NCBI GenBank assembly: GCA_963817955.1
Contig: CAWFQK010000004.1
Coordinates: forward strand, 64,001-128,000
Length of the DNA stretch: 64,000 nt
Direction of reading: 5' to 3'
DNA from: an uncultured Gemmatimonadaceae bacterium
GTDB taxonomy: Bacteria; Gemmatimonadota; Gemmatimonadetes; Gemmatimonadales; Gemmatimonadaceae
Shown here piece by piece: positions 38,989 to 49,480 of the stretch. Below the pieces are notes generated by a model that was not told where the DNA came from, ran no database searches, and saw nothing but the letters and a program-made list of their open reading frames with translations. The position numbers were made by a program, and so were the translations under genes. The first letter of the stretch is position 1. Every line of letters starts with the position of its first letter.

Positions 38989-41778
38989 ATGCTCGCCTCC
39001 GAAATTCGCTCCCGTTTCCTGCAGTATTTTGCCCGTCACGGGCACGCCATCCGCCCCAGTTCCTCGCTGGTCCCTGCGGACGATCCGACGTTGTTGTTCA
39101 CCAACGCGGGCATGGTGCAGTTCAAGAAAGTCTTCCTCGGTATGGAGGACCCGCCAGACGGGACGCGGCGCGCCACGACATCACAGAAGTGCGTTCGCGC
39201 CGGCGGCAAGCACAACGACCTCGAACAGGTTGGGCACACGGCTCGGCATCATACGTTCTTCGAGATGCTGGGCAATTTTTCATTCGGCGACTACTTCAAG
39301 CGCGACGCGATCACGTTTGCGTGGGAGTTCGTCACGAAGGAGCTCGGAGTCGATCCATCGTCGCTCCGCGTGACGGTGCACCATTCCGACGACGAAGCGC
39401 GCGGCCTCTGGAAGGAGATCGCCGGCCTGCCCGATTCGCGCATCTATGGGCTCGGCGACAAAGACAACTTCTGGCAGATGGCGGACACGGGCCCGTGCGG
39501 CCCCTGCTCCGAGATCTACATTGACTTGGCGCGCATTGCGCGCGACTGGACATTTCCCACCAGCGCGGTGGGTGAATGGACAGAAGTCGATCGAGAAGAC
39601 TTCTCTGTCGACGCATTCGTCGAAGGATCGGAGGCCGGTCGATTCCTCGAGTTCTGGAACCTTGTGTTCATGCAATACGACCGCCAGGCGGACGGCACCA
39701 TGAATCCGCTGCCGAGGCCGTCGGTTGACACAGGAGCGGGCCTCGAACGCATTGCCGCATTCATGCAGGGCGTGACAACGAACTATCATGCCGACCTGTT
39801 CGCGCCGCTGCTGTCGGCCGTCGAGAACGCGGTCGGCATCGACTACTGGGGCCGCGAGAGCAACGACGTGCGTGTCGGCGTGAAGGTCCGGGGCGGCAGG
39901 AGCGGATTGCAGGTGCTGTCGAACCCTGTCGATCCAGCATCCTTCCGCGTGCTCGCGGACCACGCGCGCGCCGTGGCGTTCCTGCTCGCCGACGGTGTCT
40001 TTCCGTCAAACGAAGGCCGCGGCTACGTCTTACGCCGTATCTTGCGCCGCGCCGTGCGGCATGCGTGGCTGCTGGGCCGCAAGGAACCGACGCTCGTTGC
40101 CGTCGTGCAGGCGGTCATCGACTCGATGTCGGATGTCTACCCCGAGCTGCGACAGCGCGCGCAGCACATTCTCAACACGACGCGTGTCGAGGAGCAGGGG
40201 TTCCTCGACACGATCGAGGGCGGCTTGTCGCGCTTCGAGCAACTTGCCCCGCTACACCCGGCGGACGGCGGTACCGATATTCGCGGCACCATCAGCGGCG
40301 AGGATGCCTTCCGCCTCTATGACACGTTCGGCTTTCCGATCGATCTGACCGAGCTGATGGCGCGGGAGCGCGGTTACGTGGTGGACATCGCGGGCTTCGA
40401 GGCGTCGCTCGATGCACAGCGTCGCCGTTCTCAGGACGAGCGCAAGTCGAAGCGTCTGAGTGTGACCGTGGATGCGCTTGAGGATCTGACGGATTGGTCG
40501 CTTCCGCCGCAGGCCTCGGCCATCGAGTCGTCGTTCGTCGGCTACGAGACCGTCGAGATCGACACGCAGGTGACGGCCGTCAAGCATCTGCCGGATGGCC
40601 GGGTCGCGATCATGTTGCGGGAGTCCCCGTTTTATGCCGAGTCCGGTGGACAAGTCTCGGATCACGGTGAAATTCTCGGCAACGGTTGGCGTGTGGACGT
40701 AGACGACGTCCGCAAGATCGACGGCCGACCGGCAGCCATCGGCTCAATCGAAGGCGCATTTCACTTCGGGCACGCCAGGGCGCGCGTGCCAAGCGATCGC
40801 CGCCGGGACACGGAACGCAATCACACGGCGACGCACCTGCTGCAGGCTGCCATGCGCCAGGTGCTGGGGGAGAGCGTCCATCAGGCGGGTTCGCTCGTCG
40901 CGCCGGACCGATTGCGCTTTGACTTTACTCATCATGGTGCTGTCAACGCGGAGGGCCTCGCCGAAATCGAGGCGATCGTCAACCGCGAGATCTGGCGTGG
41001 CGCGGCGGTGACCACCCGCGAAATGGCGTACAACGATGCGCGGGCGCTGGGAGCCATGGCGCTGTTCGGCGAGAAGTATGGCGACGTCGTCCGCGTCGTG
41101 AGCATTCCTGAGTTCTCCATGGAGCTCTGCGGCGGCACGCACGTGGGCAACACGGCGGACATCGGCCTGTTCAAGATCGTTGCTGAAACCGGTGTCGCGG
41201 CGGGCGTGCGTCGTATCGAGGCAGTCACGGGACCGGGTGCCTACGAGCTGATGCGCAGCTCGGAGCGAACGCTGCGTCGCGTGGCCGAGTTGCTCAAAGT
41301 GCCGGCTGAGAGCGTCGAGCGCCGCGTGGTCGGGCTCCTCGACGAACGGCGTGTGATCGAGCGGCGACTGGATGAAGCGATGCGCGGCGGTGGCGGTCAG
41401 CTCCAGACATTGCTGCAGCAGGCGGAACGAATCGGCAATGCCGAGTCGAGACTCGTTGCCTCCGTCGTGCGCGCCGGAGACGTCAAGGAGCTGCAGGCGC
41501 TCGGCGACGCTGTCCGGGAGCAGCTCGGGAGCGGGGTCGGGGTCCTCGCCGCGAGCTTCGAGGACGGCAAGAATTCGTTGCTCGTCGTCGTAACGGACGA
41601 TCTCCGGGATCGCGGCGTGCGCGCTGATCTGCTGATCAAGGATCTCGCGGCGGCCGCGGGCGGGCGGGGCGGCGGCAAGCCGCACATGGCGCAGGCGGGC
41701 ATCCCCGATGCATCGCGCTTTCCGGCCGCATTGGCGCGCGCTCCGGAACTGGTGCGCACTGCGCTCGGCCAATCGTGA
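38989..41778 (+). CDS. alaS: Alanine--tRNA ligase
   Basis: LLFTNAGMVQFK, HHTFFEMLGNFSFGDYFK, NHTATHLL, ELCGGTH, GGRGGGK. Confidence 0.99.
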   Translation: MLASEIRSRFLQYFARHGHAIRPSSSLVPADDPTLLFTNAGMVQFKKVFLGMEDPPDGTRRATTSQKCVRAGGKHNDLEQVGHTARHHTFFEMLGNFSFGDYFKRDAITFAWEFVTKELGVDPSSLRVTVHHSDDEARGLWKEIAGLPDSRIYGLGDKDNFWQMADTGPCGPCSEIYIDLARIARDWTFPTSAVGEWTEVDREDFSVDAFVEGSEAGRFLEFWNLVFMQYDRQADGTMNPLPRPSVDTGAGLERIAAFMQGVTTNYHADLFAPLLSAVENAVGIDYWGRESNDVRVGVKVRGGRSGLQVLSNPVDPASFRVLADHARAVAFLLADGVFPSNEGRGYVLRRILRRAVRHAWLLGRKEPTLVAVVQAVIDSMSDVYPELRQRAQHILNTTRVEEQGFLDTIEGGLSRFEQLAPLHPADGGTDIRGTISGEDAFRLYDTFGFPIDLTELMARERGYVVDIAGFEASLDAQRRRSQDERKSKRLSVTVDALEDLTDWSLPPQASAIESSFVGYETVEIDTQVTAVKHLPDGRVAIMLRESPFYAESGGQVSDHGEILGNGWRVDVDDVRKIDGRPAAIGSIEGAFHFGHARARVPSDRRRDTERNHTATHLLQAAMRQVLGESVHQAGSLVAPDRLRFDFTHHGAVNAEGLAEIEAIVNREIWRGAAVTTREMAYNDARALGAMALFGEKYGDVVRVVSIPEFSMELCGGTHVGNTADIGLFKIVAETGVAAGVRRIEAVTGPGAYELMRSSERTLRRVAELLKVPAESVERRVVGLLDERRVIERRLDEAMRGGGGQLQTLLQQAERIGNAESRLVASVVRAGDVKELQALGDAVREQLGSGVGVLAASFEDGKNSLLVVVTDDLRDRGVRADLLIKDLAAAAGGRGGGKPHMAQAGIPDASRFPAALARAPELVRTALGQS

Positions 41779-42086
41779 CGTTGGGGGAGTGGCTCGACGA
41801 ACGGACGCCGGCACCGCCGCCGAGATTGGCGGCTCGCATTGGCGCGGTGCTCGGCGATCGCGTGACGCGTGATTCCAATCAGGCGCCAGTGTTGTTCGTA
41901 GACGCTGCCGAGGAACTGCTGCGCGATCTCCTCGCGCGGCCGTCGGCCGGGCGGGCATCAGCGCTCGACCTCCTGACCGTCGATGCCCTCGTGACGTATG
42001 CGTTCGAGGCGGCCAGCGACGCCCCCGAGACGGTCAGCGACCTGTCCACGCTGGCGATGACTCGATTGGCGCTGGGCAGTTCCTGA
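41775..42086 (+). CDS. Hypothetical protein
   Basis: GTGA overlap with alaS; ALDLLTVDALVTYAFEAA. Confidence 0.7.
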   Translation: MTLGEWLDERTPAPPPRLAARIGAVLGDRVTRDSNQAPVLFVDAAEELLRDLLARPSAGRASALDLLTVDALVTYAFEAASDAPETVSDLSTLAMTRLALGSS

Positions 42087-42106
42087 CCTGGAAGCTGAGA
42101 CTAACC

Positions 42107-42685
42107 ATGGTGAGCACGAACACACGCGAGCACTTCACCGCCGGATTGCGCGATCTTGCTGAACTGGCGGTGAAGGTGAGCCGCGAACTCGGTCCCGATC
42201 TCGACCGGGCGCTGGAGCTCGTGAGTGAGACGGTTGCTGCGGGCGGCACATTGTTCTTCTGCGGGAACGGTGGCAGCGCGGCCGATGCGCAGCACATGGC
42301 CACCGAATACGTCGTCCGGTACATGCGGAACCGCCGAGCGTATCCGGCCGTTGCGCTCACAACCGACACGTCGCTGATCACTGCAGCCGGCAATGACATC
42401 GGCTTCGATCTGATCTTTTCGCGTCAAGTCGAGGCACTCGCCAGGCCGGGGGACCTGCTGGTGATTCATTCCACCAGCGGCAACTCGCCCAACGTGCTCA
42501 AGGCAGCGGAAGCCGCGTTGGCAAAGGGAGTACGCGTTCTGGCCTTCAGCGCACGCGACGGCGGCGCGCTGCGCGCGCTTGCCACCCATTCGGTGGTGGT
42601 TCCCACGGTGCGAACCGACCGGGCGCAGGAACTACACCTCTGCATAGAACATCTCATCTGCGATTTCGTGGAGCGTTCGTTATGA
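42107..42685 (+). CDS. gmhA: D-sedoheptulose 7-phosphate isomerase
   Basis: FCGNGGSAADAQH, TAAGND, STSGNSPNV, QELH...H. Confidence 0.93.
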   Translation: MVSTNTREHFTAGLRDLAELAVKVSRELGPDLDRALELVSETVAAGGTLFFCGNGGSAADAQHMATEYVVRYMRNRRAYPAVALTTDTSLITAAGNDIGFDLIFSRQVEALARPGDLLVIHSTSGNSPNVLKAAEAALAKGVRVLAFSARDGGALRALATHSVVVPTVRTDRAQELHLCIEHLICDFVERSL

Positions 42686-43437
42686 TCGGCTTGAAAGGAA
42701 AGCGGGTGTTAGTGACTGGTGGGTCGCGTGGTATTGGCGCGGCCACCGCGCGACTGTTCGCCGAGCATGGCGTGCACGTGGCCATCGGCTACCGGAGTCG
42801 GCGCGACACCGCCGAGGCGCTTGTCACCGCTCTGCAAGGACTCGGCGTGACGGCGACGGCGCTCGCGTCGGACATCTCAACGCCCGATGGCGCGCAGCAA
42901 CTCGTCGACCATGCTGTCTCGGCGCTCGGGGGGCTGGACTTCTTCGTCGGCAATGCGGGCATCTGGCCCTGCGACGAGGTGGCGCTTCACGCCATGACCG
43001 ACGAGCAGTGGCGTCGCACGATGGCGGAGAATGTCGATTCGGTGTTCTACACGACGCGCGCCGTGATCCGTGCGATCGGCGATGGCGGTCGTATCGTCCT
43101 CGTCTCGAGCACCGCTGGTCAGCGTGGCGAAGCGTTCCACGCCGACTATGCGGCCTCGAAGGGCGCGATGATCTCCTTGGTGAAGTCATTGGCGCCAGAG
43201 CTTGGCAAGCGAGAGATCACCGTGAACAGCGTCGCGCCGGGATGGGTGGACACGGAAATGTGCGAGCAGCCGTTTGCCGACGGCGGCCGCGATCGCATCT
43301 CGGCCGCCATTCCTATCGGACGAATCGCCGCGCCACGGGACATCGCCGGCCCGATCGTGTTCCTCTGCTCTCAGCTCGCCCGCCACATCACGGGAGAAAT
43401 CGTGAATGTGAACGGCGGTAGCGTGCTCTGCGGATGA
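42682..43437 (+). CDS. Short-chain dehydrogenase/reductase (FabG-like)
   Basis: TGGSRGIG, NAG, YAASK, VAPGWVDT. Confidence 0.92.
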   Translation: MIGLKGKRVLVTGGSRGIGAATARLFAEHGVHVAIGYRSRRDTAEALVTALQGLGVTATALASDISTPDGAQQLVDHAVSALGGLDFFVGNAGIWPCDEVALHAMTDEQWRRTMAENVDSVFYTTRAVIRAIGDGGRIVLVSSTAGQRGEAFHADYAASKGAMISLVKSLAPELGKREITVNSVAPGWVDTEMCEQPFADGGRDRISAAIPIGRIAAPRDIAGPIVFLCSQLARHITGEIVNVNGGSVLCG

Positions 43438-44405
43438 TAGTCCTTCTGTTTACCGGCGGCACCATCTCCATGCGTCACGATCCTGTGGCGGGCGGTGCCG
43501 TGCCGACGCTCCGCGGGCGCGACATCGTCGCGCTCGCGCCGGGCATAGAGGGCATTGCCGAGCTGGAAGTGGATGACTGGGGGGCGTATCCGGGACCGCA
43601 CATGACCGTGGAGCGCATGTGGGCGCTCCGGAATCGGATCGTTGAGCATTTGGCGCGACCGGGAGTGAAGGGGGTCGTCGTCACCCATGGCACTGACGCC
43701 CTCGAGGAGTCGGCGTACCTCGTCGCGCGCACCGTGGATGACCAGAAGCCCGTGGTGTTCACCGGCGCCATGCGAACTTCGAGTGATCTCGGCTGGGACG
43801 GTCCGGGCAACCTCGAGGCGTCGGTCCGCGTGGCGGCTAGCGCCGCGGCGCGCGGCTGCGGCGTCGTGGTGGTGATGGCAGATCGCATTCTTGCGGCACT
43901 GGACGTGACCAAGGCTCACACCCACCGGCTGGAAGCATTTGACAGCCCAGGGCTCGGGCCGCTCGGGGTGATCGATGACGGGCATGTCATCTTCCGTCGC
44001 GCATTACCGGCGCCCGTGTCGGTTCTCACGCCAGCCTCGCCCGTCGTGCCCGTGGACATCGTCTACGCTTATGCAGGCGCTGATTCGCGCTTGCTCGATG
44101 CCGCTCGCGTCGACGGCCGCGGGGTGGTGATAGCGGCGATGGGGCGGGGGAATGTGCCGCCGGCGATGGTCGACGGCATCAATCGCTGGATCGCCGAAGA
44201 CAAGCCGGTCGTGATTACCTCCCGTGCCATGCGGGGTCGGGTGGGCTGGACGTACGGATATCCCGGGGGCGGGCGGCGCTTGGCCGAATCGGGGGCGATC
44301 TTCGCCGGTGCGCGCCGGCCGCAGCAGGCGAGAATCGACGTGATGTTGGCGCTCGGGGCGGGTATGGGGCTCGCGGAGATTCGCGAGTTACTCGAGCGGA
44401 TCTGA
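43434..44405 (+). CDS. L-asparaginase (class 1, bacterial-type)
   Basis: TGGTISM, THGTDALEE, TGAMR, DGPGNL. Confidence 0.92.
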   Translation: MIVLLFTGGTISMRHDPVAGGAVPTLRGRDIVALAPGIEGIAELEVDDWGAYPGPHMTVERMWALRNRIVEHLARPGVKGVVVTHGTDALEESAYLVARTVDDQKPVVFTGAMRTSSDLGWDGPGNLEASVRVAASAAARGCGVVVVMADRILAALDVTKAHTHRLEAFDSPGLGPLGVIDDGHVIFRRALPAPVSVLTPASPVVPVDIVYAYAGADSRLLDAARVDGRGVVIAAMGRGNVPPAMVDGINRWIAEDKPVVITSRAMRGRVGWTYGYPGGGRRLAESGAIFAGARRPQQARIDVMLALGAGMGLAEIRELLERI

Positions 44406-44915
44406 CGGCGCGATCGCCACGATGTGCACGGGTTCCCAACGCTCAAAGCACTGCCAGTCATATTCACGCGCGGCTCTAATTTGATCGGGGAAGCCGAAGC
44501 AGTCGGTCCACCCTTCCTGTTCGGCCCGCCACCGACAGTTCCACGCGAATTCAAAGACGTGCGCCTCGGTTCCCGTTTCGAGACGCACCGTTCCGACGAA
44601 ATCGGAACAGCCCGATCGGCCATTCAGCGATACGTGCTCGATCCGCAGATGAGATTCGGCGGTCAGCACGTGCATGAGGAGTCGCTTCACCTTGATTGTT
44701 GGAGCACATCCTTCAATGCGGATGTGCTCGGCGTCGCCGTTCGTCCAAAAGGTTCGGACGGAAGACTTGAAGGATTCCGCGGCTCGCGACTGCGCGAGTA
44801 CTCGCTTCAGTTCGGCCAAACCTGCCCTCGGGAGATGTCGCGAAGTTAGGTCGCAAACGACTGTCGCAATATCATGGCGCCAGGCCGCAAGTTGCAGTGG
44901 CTGAGCGTCTTTCAC
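44388..44915 (-). CDS. Cys/Trp-rich hypothetical protein
   Basis: Fills the gap between asparaginase and cca; protein-like composition; GCSDFVG, WNCRWRA, FGFPDQIRAA. Confidence 0.7.
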   Translation of the reverse strand: MKDAQPLQLAAWRHDIATVVCDLTSRHLPRAGLAELKRVLAQSRAAESFKSSVRTFWTNGDAEHIRIEGCAPTIKVKRLLMHVLTAESHLRIEHVSLNGRSGCSDFVGTVRLETGTEAHVFEFAWNCRWRAEQEGWTDCFGFPDQIRAAREYDWQCFERWEPVHIVAIAPSDPLE

Positions 44916-44974
44916 CGGCGCGAGGAACCCTGCTATTGTCTACCCTTCGCTCACCTGCACCAAGGAACCACCGG

Positions 44975-46303
44975 ATGATCCGCCTGCATCCACCCGCCAC
45001 GGTGCTCGAGATTGCCGATGCGCTAGAACGTACCGGGCACGAGGCGTGGTGCGTCGGCGGCGCGATCCGTGATGCGCTGCTGGGCCATCCTCATTCGGAC
45101 TGGGATCTGGCGACCTCGGCCACTCCCGCGCAAATGAGAGAGTTGTTCGGAGCGAGGCGGACGATTCCCGTTGGCATAGAGTTCGGTACGGTCGGCGTAC
45201 TCGACCGCGAGGGCGTGATGCACGAAGTCACGACATTTCGACGAGATGTACGAACAGACGGACGACATGCTGAGGTCGAGTTCGGTGCCTCGCTGGATGA
45301 GGACCTTGCCCGTCGCGACTTCACAATCAACGCGATAGCCTACTCACCCCGGCATGGAGAGATTCGAGATCCGTTTCAGGGGCAGCTTGACTTGAGGCGG
45401 AAGCTGGTGCGCGCGGTCGGAGACCCCGACGCCCGGATGCGCGAGGATCGCCTGCGGGCGCTACGCGCCATTCGGTTCGCGGCGCGGTTCGGCTTCACCA
45501 TCGAGGAAGCGACATATCGTGCCATTGCAGACAGTGCACCGCACCTCGGCCGGTTGTCGCCAGAGCGCGTGAAGCAGGAACTGGACAAGACGATGGAACA
45601 AGTGCGCTGTCCAAGTGGCGCGCTGCTGCTCTGGCGCGACACCGGTGCGTTCGCCTCGCTCATCCCGGCGCTCAACGATCTGCCTCGTGGCGCGCTCGAT
45701 GTACCCGATTACCTCGCCATTCCCGGACCCGCTACGCGGCCAGCGAGACGTTCACTGCGCGTTGCTGGTTTGCTGCTCGGGCTCAGTGGCCGAGAGACCG
45801 CGGATGTACTGACGAAGCTTCGCAGCTCCAAACAGGAGTTGCACATGGTCACAACGCTCATTGATCGCTGGCACACGCTTGGTGCAACAATGGGTGTGGC
45901 GGTTCGCGACGCGGCGATCACCGATGGCGAGATTCGTACATGGGTAGCCGCCATTGGCCGGCTGCAGATCGGCGCGTTCATGCGGCTCGCGTCGGCGGCG
46001 TGGAACGCCGCGCGGGCCACTGGGCAGCCGGCGCCACCGTCGGCGGGGGTGCGAGTCCTCTATCGCCGGATGCTGCGCAGCGCGTTCCGCGATGCGATCG
46101 ATCTCGGATCGTTGGCCGTTGACGGCGATGATCTTCGACGGGCGGGTATACCGCCGGGTCCAAGCCTCGGTAAGATTCTCCAGGCGCTCCTCGCGGCGGT
46201 GATCGAGGAGCCGTCACGAAACACGACGGACTGGCTGTTGCAAGACGCACGGCGGCAGCACGACCAGCTGCAGCGTGACCGTGGGCAGGGTGGACGATCG
46301 TAG
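44975..46303 (+). CDS. cca: CCA-adding tRNA nucleotidyltransferase
   Basis: VGGAIRDALLG, DWD, EVTTFR, DLARRDFTINA, EDRLRALRAIRF, SPERV. Confidence 0.9.
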   Translation: MIRLHPPATVLEIADALERTGHEAWCVGGAIRDALLGHPHSDWDLATSATPAQMRELFGARRTIPVGIEFGTVGVLDREGVMHEVTTFRRDVRTDGRHAEVEFGASLDEDLARRDFTINAIAYSPRHGEIRDPFQGQLDLRRKLVRAVGDPDARMREDRLRALRAIRFAARFGFTIEEATYRAIADSAPHLGRLSPERVKQELDKTMEQVRCPSGALLLWRDTGAFASLIPALNDLPRGALDVPDYLAIPGPATRPARRSLRVAGLLLGLSGRETADVLTKLRSSKQELHMVTTLIDRWHTLGATMGVAVRDAAITDGEIRTWVAAIGRLQIGAFMRLASAAWNAARATGQPAPPSAGVRVLYRRMLRSAFRDAIDLGSLAVDGDDLRRAGIPPGPSLGKILQALLAAVIEEPSRNTTDWLLQDARRQHDQLQRDRGQGGRS

Positions 46304-46314
46304 AGTGGAGCGAC

Positions 46315-46842
46315 ATGTTCTTTCGAGGGCGGCAACCCGAGGCGTCGATCTGGCGTCGGTTCCGAGTCAGTGCCGATGGCTTCACGTTCGCGCAGCAAGG
46401 CGATCTGTACACGGCGCACGTTGTCGCGAACGCGGAGCGTGTCGTCGATCTGTTCTACAGTCTGACGGATCAGCTGCCGCCGGCAGTGGATATCGCGATC
46501 GATGACTTGCGTAGTGGGCGATCGTGGCAAGCCGAATCGGTTGCGCTGCCAGACCTGCGGGAAGCGCTTGCTCGTCTCAAGATACTGCTGGCGCGCTATG
46601 GCGGCGTTGAGTTCTCGGCATACACGGCGGATGATCAACTGACGCTCAATCCGTATCTCGAGCTGTTCATTTACGCGCGGACGGATCGCTGGCTGTATCT
46701 CCTCGAGGGGAAAGGGCTCGAGGAACAGCCGCGCGTGCATAGCAAGAGCTGGAGGACCAATCGCCAGCACTTCCCGGCGGCGCCTGATCTCGTCAATGCC
46801 GTCACGGCGGCGGCGGAGCGGCTGGGGCTTCAGCCCGCGTGA
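46315..46842 (+). CDS. Hypothetical protein
   Basis: GGAG RBS, coupled to next gene; no recognisable family. Confidence 0.75.
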   Translation: MFFRGRQPEASIWRRFRVSADGFTFAQQGDLYTAHVVANAERVVDLFYSLTDQLPPAVDIAIDDLRSGRSWQAESVALPDLREALARLKILLARYGGVEFSAYTADDQLTLNPYLELFIYARTDRWLYLLEGKGLEEQPRVHSKSWRTNRQHFPAAPDLVNAVTAAAERLGLQPA

Positions 46843-47555
46843 CGCGGCCTGAACTGCTGTACGCGTTGGCCGCCGCCGCCGCCAACATACTCGGTGCGCT
46901 CGCAGTCACATCCCACGCGCGGTGGAGCCTGCGCGCGCTCGACGCCATGTTGTCACTCGCCGCGGGGTTTTTGATTTCGGTCTCGCTGGTGGATCTCTTT
47001 CCGGAGTGCATTCGCGCTACCGGCGCGGTTGCGCCGGCGGTGGTGTTGCTCGCGTACGTGCTGGTGCACCTGACGCAGCACACGATCGGTCGCCACTTCC
47101 ACTTTGGCGAGGAGACTCATTCTGTTTCCGAGCTCGTGAGCGTCTCGGCTCTCGTGGGGTTGCTCATGCACACGTTCGTCGATGGCGTCGCCGTGGCGAG
47201 CGGACTGCGCGTCAGCACGGGTCTCGGGGCCTTGGTATTCGTTGCCGTGCTCCTGCACAAATTTCCCGAAGGGTTGGCAATCTCCAGCCTTTTTCTCGCG
47301 GCTGGTGCATCGCGAGCCACGGCGATCCTAGCGGCCGCAGCACTCGGCGCCACCACGGTGGCCGGAGTGTTGCTCACGGATTCCTGGGGGGTGCTGCGAA
47401 CGTATGGTCTGGCGGTATCCGCTGGTGTGACGCTGTACGTTGGCGCGTCGAACCTCGTGCCGGAGTTTCAGGATCGCCCGGGCCTCCGTATTCCCCTGAG
47501 TTTCGTCGCGGGGTGCGCGTTGTACTTCGCGGCGCGCAGCCTCGCCGTGGGCTGA
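46839..47555 (+). CDS. ZIP family metal transporter
   Basis: HFHFGEETH loop, HTFVDG, HKFPEG, NLVPE. Confidence 0.92.
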   Translation: MTRPELLYALAAAAANILGALAVTSHARWSLRALDAMLSLAAGFLISVSLVDLFPECIRATGAVAPAVVLLAYVLVHLTQHTIGRHFHFGEETHSVSELVSVSALVGLLMHTFVDGVAVASGLRVSTGLGALVFVAVLLHKFPEGLAISSLFLAAGASRATAILAAAALGATTVAGVLLTDSWGVLRTYGLAVSAGVTLYVGASNLVPEFQDRPGLRIPLSFVAGCALYFAARSLAVG

Positions 47556-47572
47556 GCGCGGACGGTCGAGTC

Positions 47573-48952
47573 ATGGCGGAACATAAGAAACGGGGCAGCG
47601 CGGGTTCAGGCGACGAGGCGTACACGGAGCGTGGCACGGGCTCGTTGTTCGCGCCCAGCATGCCACAGCCGCTCGCGGCGCGCGTGCGTCCGCGTACGCT
47701 CGACGAGATCGTCGGTCAGCGGCACTTGCTCGCGCCTGGCAAGCCGTTGCGGGAGGCGATCGAGAAAGGCACCGTTGGCTCGATGATCTTCTGGGGTCCC
47801 CCCGGCACCGGCAAGACGACGATTGCACGGGTCATTGCGCAGTACACCGATCGCGAGTTCGTTCCGTTTTCCGCCGTCACCGAAGGCGTGCCGCGCGTGC
47901 GCGAGATCGTGGCTGAAGCCGAAGGGCGTCGCCGACTTGGGCGCGGCACCATCCTGTTCGCCGATGAGATTCACCGGTTCAACAAGGCGCAACAGGACGC
48001 GTTTCTGCCGCACGTGGAAGCGGGCACCATCACACTGATCGGCGCCACCACGGAGAACCCATCGTTCGAGATCAACGGCGCGCTGCTGTCGCGTGTGCGC
48101 GTCTTCGTGCTACAAGCGCTCGCCGCCGACGACATCCGCGCGTTGATCGATCGCGCATTGAGTGATGCCGAGCGCGGTCTGGGGGATTGGGGACTCGACG
48201 TGGACGAAGACGCCATGGCCCTGTTGACGGTCGAGGCGGACGGCGACGCCCGACGCGCGCTCACGGTGTTCGAGGCTGCCGCGGAGCATGTGGGGCGTGC
48301 CGGGCGGATCTCCGTAGAGGTGATGCGCGACGCATTGCAGCTTCGCTTCGCCAGGTATGACAAGGGTGGCGAAGAGACGTACAACATGCTCAGTGCGTTT
48401 CACAAGAGTCTCCGAGGGAGTGACCCACAGGCGGCGCTGTACTGGATGGGACGTATGATCGAAGGCGGCGCCGATCCGATGATCATGTTTCGGCGTGCGA
48501 TCGCGATGGCGGCGGAAGACATCGGCCTCGCCGATCCGGAGGCGCTCAAGCTCGCGGTGGCGGCGCGCGATGCCTATCACATGCTCGGCCCGCCGGAGGG
48601 CTACCTGCCGCTGGCGCAGATGATCGTGTATCTCGCAACGGCGCCCAAGTCGAATAGTTCGAAAGTTGCGTTGCATGCCGCGCTGGACGCCGCGCGGCAG
48701 TATCCAGCCGAAGGGGTTCCACTGCACATCAGGAACGCCCCGACGGCGCTGATGAAGGAACTGGGGTATCACTCGGGGTATCAATACGCGCACGACGCAC
48801 CTGAGGCGTACATTCCGCAGGAGTACCTGCCGGAGCCGTTGCGTGGGGTGCGATTCTATGAACCCGGAGGGTTCGGGTTCGAGAAGGAGATCGCCAAGCG
48901 GTTGGCCTGGTGGGAGGAGCTTCGCCGGCGGGCAAACGAGAGCTCGGGGTAG
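47573..48952 (+). CDS. rarA: Replication-associated recombination protein A
   Basis: PLAARVRP, WGPPGTGKTT, DEIHRFNKAQQD, ATTENPSF, SAFHKSLRGSD, EDIGLAD. Confidence 0.96.
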   Translation: MAEHKKRGSAGSGDEAYTERGTGSLFAPSMPQPLAARVRPRTLDEIVGQRHLLAPGKPLREAIEKGTVGSMIFWGPPGTGKTTIARVIAQYTDREFVPFSAVTEGVPRVREIVAEAEGRRRLGRGTILFADEIHRFNKAQQDAFLPHVEAGTITLIGATTENPSFEINGALLSRVRVFVLQALAADDIRALIDRALSDAERGLGDWGLDVDEDAMALLTVEADGDARRALTVFEAAAEHVGRAGRISVEVMRDALQLRFARYDKGGEETYNMLSAFHKSLRGSDPQAALYWMGRMIEGGADPMIMFRRAIAMAAEDIGLADPEALKLAVAARDAYHMLGPPEGYLPLAQMIVYLATAPKSNSSKVALHAALDAARQYPAEGVPLHIRNAPTALMKELGYHSGYQYAHDAPEAYIPQEYLPEPLRGVRFYEPGGFGFEKEIAKRLAWWEELRRRANESSG

Positions 48953-48979
48953 TTGGGGCACTCACATGGAGAGGGCAGG

Positions 48980-49456
48980 ATGAGAAGAGTTGCACTAGTC
49001 GTGGCGGTCTCGGCGGCGATGGCCGGCGGCGCGTGTTCAGCCATCGGACGGGCGGCGTTTCAACAGCCGGTCGTGAGCTTGCGCGATGTGCGGATTCGGG
49101 GCCTCGGCCTGACGGGCGGCAGCTTGGACGTGATTCTGAGCGTCTACAATCCGAATCACTACCGGCTCGACGCCACTCGACTCACCTATCGAGTGAATTT
49201 GGCGGGCGACAGCGTCACGGTGGCGACGGGAGCGCTCGACAGCCGGTTCACCGTACAGGACAATGACTCGACGACCGTTTCGATTCCGGTCAGCTTCACC
49301 TATGCAGGGATCGGCGCGGCCGGGCAAAGCATCATCAACACGGGTGCGGTCAACTATCACGTGGTGGGCGACGTGACGGTCGGCTCTCCCGTGGGTAACT
49401 TCACGGTGCCCTATTCATCCACAGGTCGTTTCACGACGACCGGCATCCGTCGTTAA
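48980..49456 (+). CDS. LEA type 2 / WHy domain lipoprotein
   Basis: Lipobox-like GGAC, L.VYNPN motif. Confidence 0.85.
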   Translation: MRRVALVVAVSAAMAGGACSAIGRAAFQQPVVSLRDVRIRGLGLTGGSLDVILSVYNPNHYRLDATRLTYRVNLAGDSVTVATGALDSRFTVQDNDSTTVSIPVSFTYAGIGAAGQSIINTGAVNYHVVGDVTVGSPVGNFTVPYSSTGRFTTTGIRR

Positions 49457-49480
49457 GCGTTCGTTGACGAGGAGTCTCAG

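Noticed and set aside
46922..47572. Long N-terminal extension of RarA
   Set aside because: It overlaps the ZIP gene in another frame; RarA-like sequence starts after ATG 47573
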